A stretch of DNA of 64,000 nt, from NCBI GenBank assembly GCA_965637545.1, contig OZ281495.1:14136001-14200000 (forward strand), in the 5' to 3' direction. The notes beneath the pieces are model-generated. The model searched no databases. It was given only the letters and a program-made list of their open reading frames with translations, and was not told the origin of the DNA. Each line of letters starts with the position of its first letter. The stretch's first letter is position 1. Source of the DNA: Phallusia mammillata. Its lineage: Eukaryota. The translations under genes were made by a program, and so were the position numbers. Shown here piece by piece: positions 1 to 11,726 of this stretch.

Positions 1-105
1 ATTGTTTAAAAAGGTAGACAGAATAGAGGAATAATATTCTGAAAAATGTAAGTTTATTTAAATTGATATCTATCTATTTTAGTATTTAAAAACAAATATG
101 TTTAC

Positions 106-2849
106 CCAATCCTAGTACCACGTAGTTGAATGTGTGAGCTAGAATAATCCAAGTGGTGCTAATGAAACGGATTCCATCAAGCACAGGAATACTTCCAGGC
201 CTCTTTGTCATATCCAAGATTTGTTGTCCGTTTGAAATAATTGAAAAACAATGCAAGACTTTTCCTGAAAAGTTCGTAGCTCCATTATTTTTTCACCGCA
301 GGGTTGGTCAGTTACCTTAAATTTCATGACTGGAAAACAGTTGCTTAAATGCTTAAGAAGTGAAAAAGCGCTTTTCGTGTTGTACCGACCTCCTGTCGAA
401 CGATTTTCATCATGTTGTTTGTTGACAACCTCCTTAACCGAAATCCTTTCCACACCATCAACAACAGTAGCGACGCCGACCAATAATACTAAAACAGAGC
501 TAATTGCTCTGCAAATGAAATGCTATTTTATCCAGTTTTGTCCTTTTATTGGTGTTGGCTGAATGTGCAAAAAAGAACAATGTCTCCAAAATATACTAGC
601 ATACATTTTTTACTGCTGGCGGCTATGCTACTCAAAAAAATGTCTTAAAAGTCTTTTTATCATTCTGTAATTAACAAAAATCATTTTGATATGATAAAGC
701 GTTGGTATTGTTTTATTTCTTGCCTAGTTTTACAGGCTTGTGACTCCAAAACATAATAATAATTTATCACCAGCACAAGCTTATAAAATAACAAGTCGTA
801 TTTTTTTATTTAACTGTATTTGGGAATAATTTACTTACATTCCAATTATATCGGTTGTTGAAAGATTGTAATGTGGAACTGGACATGTGACTTCAAGGAG
901 TAGGGAAGAAGGATAAAGTTGGTTAAGAATCGATTGCACCGAGGTTTCGGAACAAATCAGTGGAAAACAAGATCCCAAGGTAATATCTATTGGATAGGCT
1001 CCTGGATACGGCTTATTACAAAGCACAACGGACATTGGTAAAGTTAGGTAAGTTGGGTCACATTTAGATTTATATGGTTTGTGTAAACTTATCTAGAATA
1101 AGATGAGAGCTCTCTCTCTTACCACGTAACGAAATCCCAAATACGAGTTGCACCATTTTCCACTTGCAGCTTCACCCACCGCCGACCAACATTCGTAGTA
1201 ATGACCAGGCCATCTTACATTTGCCTCAAGTATCCCATTTTCGGGGGTTCCCCAGGAATCGAACACTGCAAAAGTGTTAAAATATCGTCATCAGCAATAA
1301 GAAAGCGTATTCGTTAAAAACAGCGTTCTCAACCTAAAATGACACAGTTTGCTGGAAAAAAGAAGAAGAAAGCAAGAAACTTGTACATGAACCACAAAAG
1401 TTTTTTTGCAGTATAACACGACTGATGCTCGTTTATTTTAACATTGGCTGCAGGGAGGTAGAAACGGGTTCATTGTACGTGTACGTATGTCGCACTTTTT
1501 CTACATACGGACGATATCGATAAGGTACATTCCATTTATTCGACGTAGATTTTACGTGATCAATGTCCAAATTTGCACAACATATCAAACAGGCCGTTTA
1601 CACTTAGTGATTAAAATCTGGTTCGTTGTAATTTTGTCCAAAATTGGTGATGTAAAGTGCAGCTTTAACCCACTTTTAATACTTAAAATTTGGCTAACAA
1701 TACGTTTAAACAAATAAATAAAAATACCTGTCTGAAGAAAACAGAACATTCAGTGCTACTTGGGGGAATTTCATTTGCTTTTACTGCTGACAAGACTGAT
1801 TTTTTCGAGTGTGCGAAAGATAAAAGAAACTAACGAACAACAAAAAGTCGAAACTCGTGAGACAAAAACGTTTTTGCAGTGGCATATTGATTTCAAATTT
1901 CAAAACGGCTTTTGCTCCCAGTGTTTTTTATAAGTTAAAATATAAAAATAGTCGAAATGGCTCTTAGAGTGGTACAAGTTGGCGATCTCTAGTAAAAGGA
2001 AATGTAAAAATACGTCTGTCACCAATACCCGCCCAAATGCGTAATTTTTTTTCAAAATTTCGCGTAACAATTTCAATTGTTTCACTTTTAGATATTGCCA
2101 AAAACTAGAAACTTTTACATACTTTTTAAGGCATACAGTTGGTGTCGGAAAGTGTCATTTATCACTGATTCAAGTGCCACCGTACAATCCTGTAAGTTGG
2201 TAAGTTCCTCAAGTGTACTTGTGTTATTTTCCTCATTTGCTTTAAAAAGTGCCCTGTTGTGACAAACACTACATGGTGATATTTGTAAATAATAAAATAC
2301 ACGTAAAACTATAGCATTTGGAATTTACGGTCGTCGCGATGCAAGATTAATGTGTCTTTCATTTCAAAGTTTGAGCCGATAACGGTTTTTTAACCACAGT
2401 GTTATAAATAAACGTCTCTTATTAATTTGCCCTTGCACAGTTGATATGACGGCAGCGCGTCAGAAAGTGTACACAAGAAATAAATACCTTCAGGAGGTTT
2501 ACAAAGCTTTTAAAATCCAACCAAATTAGACTTTTTTTGTGTTTTTAGGGCTAGACGTTTTCTTAGTTCAACAAAGGTTTAAAGTTTTAGAAAAAACTAA
2601 CTTTTGAAATAAGACTAGAAACTCGTTGAGTCCTGTCCTCAAAGGTGTTGGAATATTTGCGACGGTTTCGTAGAACAGATTCATGTTCTCTCTTTGCAAC
2701 TTGATCAATTCCTCTTGGTTTTGATTCAATGTTTCCACATCTCTGAAAAGTTTCAAGTGAGCTGGCGGAACATCAAACCCGTTGATTGTCTCGAACCCTT
2801 GTCCCGTAGCCAAGAAAAAAACAAGCCAAAGCAAAAATTTCCAATCCAT
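106..2849 (-). CDS. nrf-6: NRF-6-like acyltransferase-3 gene, paralog A (5' six exons; rest lies beyond the left edge)
   Basis: ATG at 2849 opens a signal-peptide-like MDWKFLLWLVFFLATGQG. Exons about 2849-2602, 2253-2123, 1265-1123 (FDSWGTPENGILEANVRWPGHYYEC...GKWC), 1011-839 (YPIDITLGSCFPLICS), 508-390 (TM), 264-106 (CFSIISNG...IPVLDGIRFISTTWIILAH). GT-AG junctions and intron phases match paralogs B-D. Confidence 0.9.
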
Positions 2850-3542
2850 TATCACCACAACCAAACTAGACCAGCTGCCAAGTTTAAAAAAACATTAAAC
2901 ATTGTTATGCACTAAAATATTTTTGTACCAACAAGGTCTCGTTCAAATATGCACAAATATTAATTGATGACGTCGCATTTCCATAATTGTATGCGAGCAA
3001 ACTATAAGCGCACAATTCCCCACACTGCTCAACCAACTGCGCAATCTGTTACGCAACTGACTAAACTTTCGTCGTCAAGTGACAATTAATGAACTTTGTT
3101 CCATGTTTAAGGAGAAACGGTTTTCGTTAGTTTGTATTCTGCAAACATTTTTGTGTCAAATTATAAACGAAAGCTTACCTTTACCCTACTTGTTCCTAAC
3201 GCAAACAATTGAAGGGAATGTTGCTCTGGATTGTGAAACAAGTATTTAACAAGTCAACAAGATATTGTGTCACCTTTAATTTGTTTTGTGACGGTTGATC
3301 TAAATTAAGCAAGCATATGTAATTAATCGACATTTTGACCATTGAACATTCGGTAGACAGTTTATTTACTAGTGAGGAATATCGTCCTAAAGTCTAAACA
3401 TGAAAAGAATCTATTGAACCTTAATATTTGTCTTTAAACATATGTTTGTGTACAAAAATCAAAAAGCATCATTTCTTGTGAACACAACAAGGTTTAGGGG
3501 AATGCAAAAATACGTTTGTCAGCAATGCCCGCCCAAATACGT
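2001..3542 (+). repeat. Pair of ~42-bp diverged direct repeats (2001-2042 and 3501-3542)
   Basis: aatgtaaaaatacgtctgtcaccaatacccgcccaaatgcgt vs aatgcaaaaatacgtttgtcagcaatgcccgcccaaatacgt (5 mismatches); both contain cccgccc. Confidence 0.6.
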
Positions 3543-3619
3543 GACAATGTTGTTACACTGCTGTACTTTTGCGATAATAGCAGATGATAAGGATTAGGTC
3601 ACCTGACGCCTTTACTGCA

Positions 3620-3690
3620 GTAACGTCACAAATTAAAACCGCACCTAATGAGTTTACGAAGCAACCAAACAACAACCTTTAAACTAATAT
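3620..3690 (+). promoter_or_regulatory. Conserved non-coding block upstream of NRF-6 paralog B (related copies at ~10148-10220 before C and ~20278-20303 before D)
   Basis: Shared core ctt(t)aaa(a)ctaatattt(t/g)ttgtt in all three; B and C also share gtaa(c/t)gtcacaaattaaa just upstream. Regulatory role is inferred only. Confidence 0.45.
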
Positions 3691-4171
3691 TTGTTGTTAA
3701 TCATGAGATCAGCGGAGCAGAGTACGAGTGGTCGACATACGATCACTTAGTTCAGCGCAACTTGGGTGACGAAATCGAATTGGGGTTTGTAATAAAGTTT
3801 AGCATTGTATGTTTAACAATAGGGGTTGTAGAGTGAATTTAACGTCTAATTGTTTAAATTTTTTTTCAAACAAAGTTGCAAAAGCAAACTTTTGTTAACC
3901 TTTTTATAAATCCCTGCAGTCGTATAAATAAATTTTGCTCTATTAAAGTGAAGTGACTTGTAGATTTAAAAGATTTTAAAGTAAGGATTAAATTAGAAAT
4001 ATAACAATTAAAATACTTCTTGTACCGTGAGGGAAATACCCGAAAAAGATGCTGTTTAATATTCTCCTGAAAACCAAACACAGTGTATATTTGATTTATT
4101 CAGGTTACGACGAGTTCTAGTGCAAAGTAAAATACATTCATACAGTTATAATAGTGGTAATTGCAAAGATC

Positions 4172-7100
4172 ATGAGGAGATCATCTTTAATCTTGTCGCT
4201 GTTCATGTGTTTTGTTGCAATATGTTCTGGTGAGAAAAAGATTATGCACGGTAGAATGTCAGCACCAAAAACAGAGAGGGAAATCATTTTGGAAAACATC
4301 CTGTATAAAACAAATTCAGAGTTAAACTACGAAGATTTGTCTAAAGATCGTTTGCTGAAAGTGAGAAGTTTTTTAAAGGAGACGGAATCACCAGGAAGGG
4401 ATTTTGATCAATTCCTCGAAGCGCTAAAACGGTAGGCAAGCATACAGTAGAAGCAAACATATTGCTATTAGGTTTTGTGGTGTAACAGAAGAAAGTACTG
4501 ACCTAAACCAATTTACTGCACCGTGATATGAAACAAAATTCGAAAACAATACTGAGCTTAAAGTTATTTTCTGCAAATCCACACAGAGCCACGATCGCGG
4601 TTCAATCCAAAGCGATCAGAAAATATGAAAGAGCGACCGAAAACCTCAATCAATGCATGCAAGCAATTGATCTTGTCACTGAAGATGCACAGAATCTTCA
4701 ACTTTATGCCTTAAAAAGTAAGTTTCTATTTTGTGGAACTTATCACGTGTTGCAGAATTACAACACGACTTTTACATCTTTAATATCTGCGGCAGCCCCA
4801 TAATCCAAAATATATTAACTTGTCGTTATTGATATAATTTTTAAATTCCACAATTTACATGTTACACACATGTTTTGGAAAAGAAGAAACCTTTTTTTTG
4901 TTTATACGTTTTGGCAAATCTCTTTGATGCTTTCAAAACAGATGTTTGTCGACAGCATGTTGTTATTTTGTAAACCTTCTTTAATTGCCCCACTTACTTT
5001 TCAACTAAGTGTTCACAAACTTATGTCGTTATTTAAAATGTTTTAGTGTTTGATTCTTGGGCGGTTCCTGAAAGTGGAATCTTGGAGGGCAATGTGCGAT
5101 GGACGGGACATTTCAAAGAATGTCGAACAGCTATAAACCAAACAATCCAGGGTAGATGGTGCATCAGCTATTTCGGCTTCAGATACGAGGTATACTTAAG
5201 ATTCAATTAAAAAAGTGAATAAGGCTCATATTGCACGCTTTCAGCCGATGCCACAAGGTTATCCGATTGACATCACTTTAGCCTCCTGTTTTCCTGACAT
5301 TTGCTCGGAGGAATCAATCCAAATAATTCTTGAGCAGTTTTACAACGAATCTCCTTTTCTTCAGCACGTAATGTGTCCACCAACTAAACGGGAGCCGCTT
5401 ACGGCAGCTTCCATAACTGGCATGTAAGTCAATGTACGTGCTTGCTAGTGACATTGTACGAGTATATTTAGCGGTCCAAACTCTTTTTTGCCAAGTTGTA
5501 ATAACCAATCAGTACTTTGTCGTGAAACGTTCACAATATCAGTGGAGTATTTAAAAGCACATAGATTTTGAAGGGCAAAAGCAATTTCCACCTTCCTGGC
5601 TACTTATTTTTCTAGATTCTAGAACCATGTAAATGTTGAGGCAAAACACCACAGTCGCCTACCAAACATAATTATTTTCAAATCAAAGGTGTACGTAAAT
5701 AAAGTTATGATTTTCTTTCGTTTTAGTGCTTTTGCAGCGTTTTTTCTCTACTTGGTCGCGATGGGCACCGCCATTGATGTTGTTCTGAGAGCGAAAAAGA
5801 AGTCAGTTTCCGACGTGGCAGAAGAAAAGCCAACAGCAATTGGAGGTAAGTTGTGAACACCATTGATCATTGGATCATTGGCTTTAACTCACTTGATTTT
5901 GCCTACACTTTGAAAACGATAACAGTTTGCTCAACTGGTTTGATGGTGGTTCTTGTTTCAGTGCAAATCATGTTATGCTTCTCGGTTGTTTCAAATGGCG
6001 AAAAAATTCTCGACATGACCAAGCGTCCAGGAACAATCCCATCGTTGGATGGAATCCGTGTCTTCAGCATGACCTGGGTAGTACTGGGACACTCATACAC
6101 TTTATCTATCATGGTTCTTGGTAAGTGCATCCTCTACTATTGTTTTGCACATACTGTATATAAGTATGGCGGCAATATCTGCATCGATAACTTAAAATAC
6201 AACAGTTTCCGCTTTACATCGCTACTTAGTTTTAGGTTGGGTTTAATAGTCGAAACCAGAAATTTAATGTATTTGTTCTTGGGGTTTGGTAAATACTCAA
6301 ACAAACGGGTTGAGTATGTTCGTTCGATTCGTTTATGATTGGATAAATGCCTGAACAAACTAGGTTATGTTTAATATCAACAACGTTAAAAGGCGCCTAT
6401 GTTTTCAGACAACACATCGGAAGTTGGAAGACTTATCAAAAGCAATGCTGCAATGATGTCAATCATTAGTGGACATTACTCTGTTGACACCTTCTTTTTC
6501 CTCAGTGGCCTACTGGTTGCATACCTCGGAATAAAACATCTGAATAAGACGAAGGGAAAAATCAATGTACCGCTAATGTACTTACAACGTTATCTAAGGT
6601 AAAAGCCATACTTCGTTTGGCTATTTACTAGTTCAGAACTAAAGCTATTTTTTGTATCAGATTGACTCCTGCTTATGCTTTTGCCATTCTATTTTCTGTC
6701 GGTTTGTATCGTTATTGTGGTTCCGGTCCATACTGGACAGAAGTGGCTGACAGAGTTCGTGATCAATGTATCAACGTTTGGTGGACAAATCTACTTTACA
6801 TCAACAACTTTTACCCAGCAATAAACTATGTAAGTACTGTATACGTCAGTAATACATTCTTTCGTACTTTGCAACGCTCAGCAAAAATAACGATTACAAC
6901 TCGTGATATCGCAAATGTATGTCATTGATTATATCCCTTACTTGAATGTAAATACTAAAGATCGTGGTTTGTATACGTATGTTGAAAATATTGAGAAACA
7001 GCTCTTGGGTTACACTTAGTTAGACTTTGATTTACATTTTGTTACATTAAGTCGTTTTACAGTGTTATGGCATCGGATGGTACCTGGCAAACGACATGCA

Positions 7101-9278
7101 GTTCTACATTCTTTCGCCGATCTTTCTCTTCGCCTTCTACAGGTAATCAGTCTTTTGACGATACCCACGAATACAAACATAAAACGTTTTTGCCTTCCCT
7201 TGAAATGTTCTATTTGTTGTCTTGATGGTTGGAAAGTCAAACGAAACCACATACTTTGAACGATTTTGTGCAGACTTGCGCCAAAACTAACGGCATGTTT
7301 TGCAACGAATGATATTGCAGGTCAAAGATAGCAGGCAGTTTGATGATTGGATTCGTCTGTATCGGATCAATGTTAACAACAGGACTTCTCACTTACTTTG
7401 GCGAACTTCAGCCGATCCCGATTGTGTTTTCCCTCCAGTCTTCTGTGTAAGTTTAGTAGCCACCTTGTACAACTTGGCAAGTTATCCTAAAACCAGATAC
7501 ATAGAACTCGGGTCTGCTGAAATACATGTTTGAATTTCCGATTAAATTTAATTAGCAACAAGGATGTCCATGATAACTGTATGTAGTCCAATTGGAAGTT
7601 GCTGGAATGCTTAATTCAGAAAAAAAACTAGACCCGATGTAATAATTTTTACAACTTAATTCCTGCATTTTAACGCAAGCGTAGTTTCTCAAAAGGTAGG
7701 TACTTAAATCCAATATTACTTTACTTTGGACAATGCCAGGAAGCGTTAGGTCAGGTAGCGTAAAAATCATTAGCATGTTTATCTCCTACAGTTTCTATCG
7801 TTTCTTTATCAACACAAGTGTTCCAATGGAGTTATCCTACTCTGATAAGTTTCAGCTGGATACCTACTCCACACCATGGTGTCGCATTTGTGTCTACATG
7901 ATTGGAATGGCGACAGGTCTTCTTATCTATGAGAGAAAAGGGAAAATCAAAATGCATTGGGTATGGACAAGAAGCAATTTCTGTATGCTGCCTGTAAATC
8001 AAAACAAGGGTTGGGAATTGGTTTAAATCTATGTTTACAAAATATACGAATATAAATGCATCGTAACGTTCAGACAGGAAACCACGCAATCGATCAGTTC
8101 TGTCAGTTCGTTAAATAACCCACAGTGTTTAGTAGGTTACTATTTTACGACCCAAGTTGCAATCTTGCATTACATGTCTACAGGCAGTCGCGTTGATTGG
8201 TTGGATTTCAGCTGGGGCAGTTGCCTGTGCTATCGTATACAGTTTGTTTCCCCAAGTCCGTGATTTTGAAACTTTGAGTCCCAATCTCTCAACCTTCTTT
8301 GAAACTTTTGCACGACCTGTGTGGGCGCTGTGTTTAGTATGGCTGACTGTAGCATGCATAAGTGGATATGGTGGTAAGCATAGTTTAAGTTTTGAAATAA
8401 TTTGAGTAATTGACCAGCATCTCATTTCATCTTAAAAAACGAATTTGGTATTGAGCTAAAGCTGTTACAAAAACTGCTTATACTTTAGTATATCGTCCAT
8501 CTTTTTAACCACAACGTACTGTTTATTCAGGACCAATTGCAACATTCCTTGACTGGTCGGTGTTCAAACCACTTAGTCGTCTTACATACTCAGCTTATCT
8601 GACTCATTTTCTGATACTGACGTGGTATATGACAATCCAAGAAAAACCTTTTCATATCTCTAACGTTAATGTCGTCTATTACTTCTTTGGTAAGCGTTTA
8701 TTTGTAGTTTATTCATTGTCTATTTCTTTCCTTGATTTAAAAATACAAAAGTGCAACAAATCAAATATGAATCCAAAATCTTTGAACAATAGCGGATGTC
8801 GCAAATGTGTTTTACATGCCTAAATTTTGTCAATGTCTGCAACTGTTTTGGGACACTATGTTGGGTATTACATTATAAGATTATTAAGAGATAATAAGAT
8901 TCATTATTACATTATATAAGATTCAGTGCATGCACTGTTGTACCGATCCTTTATGTTAATATAAGTTGCATATAACCAATTGCATACATTTAAGGTACCC
9001 TGTTCCTTGCGTTTGGAAGTGGTTTCGTGTTGTCAATCTGCATAGAATGGCCGATGATGGGTCTAGTGAAACTGGCTTTTCCTGGCGCAAAGCCGAAACC
9101 CGTAAAACAGACGAGCAACGGCTATTCTCAACCGGAAGAAAAACCTGTCGTAAAAACTGACATAGCAAAAAGCAAACCTGAAATCGTTATTAACGGAAAC
9201 AGAATTAAAAAACCTGAATTGCACATTAATGGCGGATTTGTTCCCGAAAAACAAGCGTTGGATCAAACAGCTCTGTAA
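4172..9278 (+). CDS. nrf-6: NRF-6-like acyltransferase-3 gene, paralog B (14 exons, appears intact)
   Basis: Exons about 4172-4431, 4587-4717, 5047-5189, 5245-5423, 5727-5845, 5962-6120, 6409-6598, 6661-6829, 7063-7142, 7321-7446, 7792-7960, 8184-8373, 8531-8689, 8995-9278. Signal peptide; NRF-6 domain FDSW...GN..W.GH..EC; acyltransferase-3 motifs LDGIR, LGH, VDTFFFLSGLL, RYLRLTPAY, WWTNLLYINN, WYLANDMQFY, PWCR, PLSRLTYSAYLTH, IEWP. Confidence 0.93.
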
Positions 9279-9614
9279 AAAAAATGAAATTCATCTATTT
9301 GAATAAGGAATTCACAATGTCATTCAGGCGAAGTTCACATTTACAAGTTGTTGTTCAATTGATTAGTTTTGTTTCTTGACATTTTGTTCCCATATCAAAT
9401 ATTTAATGGTTTTAGTTGGCTGGTATATGAAACGATTATGGCAGTTGATAGAATATTTATATTATGTTTGAGTGTCCTGGTTATTATTTTCTAATTTCAT
9501 AGTTGCCGAACTTTTATTGAAAACTTTAACCTTACAAGAAGCATTTCCCACACGGGTAACCTAGGGGCATTTGTCTGCTTTTTTAGTGTATTATCACGGT
9601 TTATTGCTTTTTGT

Positions 9615-10950
9615 TTGGTGATGCAATATTTACGTAACATGTAATTCCACTTTGTAAAAGGTGGCCAGCTGCTAAATCAACATTAGCTTGATGCTGCCAA
9701 CTCGAACTGATATTTTGTTTGCCAATTGGTTCGCCATAAATGGAGAGACAGATTTATAAGGACTGTAGTGCAACTGTGTGCCTGCGTTTTGTCTCACCGA
9801 GCAAAATAAACTTAACCCAACTCAAGATGACAAGGTCACTATACGCCCCGATCTTCGTTTTGTAGAGGGTCAGAGCTCGCGTTTCGAGAACATTTTGCCG
9901 AATGCCGGTTGTTTTTTATCACCATTAAAAAAAAGAATAATATTACTTTTTACTTCACACTCTCTCTTCGCGTTTGAACGTTGGCCGATTAGCATGTTTG
10001 TGTATTTTTAGTCATATAACCTAAAACACAGGGTTTAGCTATTTTGAGTATTGCTTGCCTTTTTAAGGGCAAAGTATTGATTTTGCCCTGTTGATTAGAA
10101 GCTACAAAAATGGCTGATTATAATTTCATCAAACGTTTTAACTACGGTAATGTCACAAATTAAACCTAAGGGTTGTGAAGCACCAAAACAACGGCCTTTA
10201 AACTAATATTTTTTGTTATTCATCAGATAAGCAGAGAAGAGTACAAATCCCAGGAGCAAAGTTTGCGTAATGTAGGTCAAGAGAGATAAAGGATAAATAA
10301 TAAGAAATGGTATCGTATGTTTGCTGTGTGTGGAAGGAATTGTTGCCAGCGATAAAAGCTTTCGAACCTGAAGAAGTGATAAATGGAAACAATTAAACAC
10401 GGGAATACATGTTAACGGTTAATTTGTGTCAGAAAAACAAACTTTGGATCATATTATTTTCAGTTATAACACTTCAGTCAGAAGAAACATATTTTCACAA
10501 CTCTTTTATTCTTTCAACCAGCTGATTCTTTTCAACTTTGCATAATTGCTATAAATAACAAGTTTGTTTATGGTGCAACCGTTTTGTCCAAGAACACTGA
10601 GAATATGTTAAAAATATTGTGAACTACCCCATATTTGCAAAACAAGCATTTATCAAACATCCAAAACCTAAAAAAAAATTTTTAAATGCTTTTTAATGTC
10701 ATCTGATCTGTTTTTTTAATGTGATCTGATCTGTAATTTTAACAAAAACGTTTGTTCGTTTATTTGTTTTTGACATTTTCTGATGTTGTATTGGCTTCCT
10801 GGTACATGCCGCAATATTTATGCAACATTTAATTAAAAAGGTAAAAGGTGGCAAGCCGGTAAGCCAATATTAGCTTAAAGGTGATGTTATCAACTAATGA
10901 TGGTGGAATTTGTTTGCCAATAGGTTTACCGAAAAAGGAGAAACAGACTG
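9615..10950 (+). repeat. Diverged ~140-bp direct repeat in the B-C intergenic region (about 9615-9750 and 10808-10950)
   Basis: Co-linear blocks gcaatattt...aaaaggtggc...attagctt...tttgtttgccaat.ggtt...ggaga.acaga occur twice. Confidence 0.5.
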
Positions 10951-11726
10951 AAGGACAATGTGTTTTTGCGAAAAAAATGCGACAGGCGCTTTACGTGGAG
11001 TCTGTTACGTACCACTCGATTTGATACGTTGCTTGTGGATTTTATTAGGTTTGTAAATTTTGCACCATTGAAAACGTAATCATGTTTTGACACAAAAAAT
11101 ATTATGTTTGTTGTGCACAGAGTGTAACAAAAGAGTTCATGTCAAATTGACCATTTATAATGCTGCAATACTGGTAAAGGAAATGAACTGTTGATCCTAC
11201 TGTAGAGCAAATACGGTTAACTGCTCTTTAAAACCCTCGCTGGAACCACACTTCCAATGCAATATTAGTTTAGGAACACTGTAACGATATGGCCGTTATA
11301 AAGCTTCCCTTATTTGGTGCACGAGCGAGTTTAAACTCTTCGCATGACCCGAAATGTGTGTTTACGATTTGTTTATCCATAAATGGCAGTTGATCGCAGC
11401 AAATAATGCGTAACGGTTTAGGTGCTGCCTTAGCATGTAATGTTGTCAAGAGAGCAAAGTTCGCACAAAAAATAAAGACATTTAACTATTAAACTTTAAA
11501 CCAATGTTTACAGATAATCGAGTTACAAGCTGGGTAAAGCGCAAGCAGAGTACTTGGGATCACCATACTTAGGTCAAGGTACCAAAAACAAAAGTGGTTT
11601 CAAAACAAAAAGCTGGAATCGCGTAACTATTTGATAACTAGATAAAAAGCAAAATCGGCAGCATTTTTGACAAAAAGTGTTTTGTAGATCAGTGCACATA
11701 GGTAACTGCAGTGATTGTTCGCTATC

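Noticed and set aside
5853-6338. 161-aa ORF and similar long ORFs (22541-22948, 34777-35241, 35407-35874, 46644-47018)
   Set aside because: Each is a real exon extended by read-through into flanking introns, not a separate gene.
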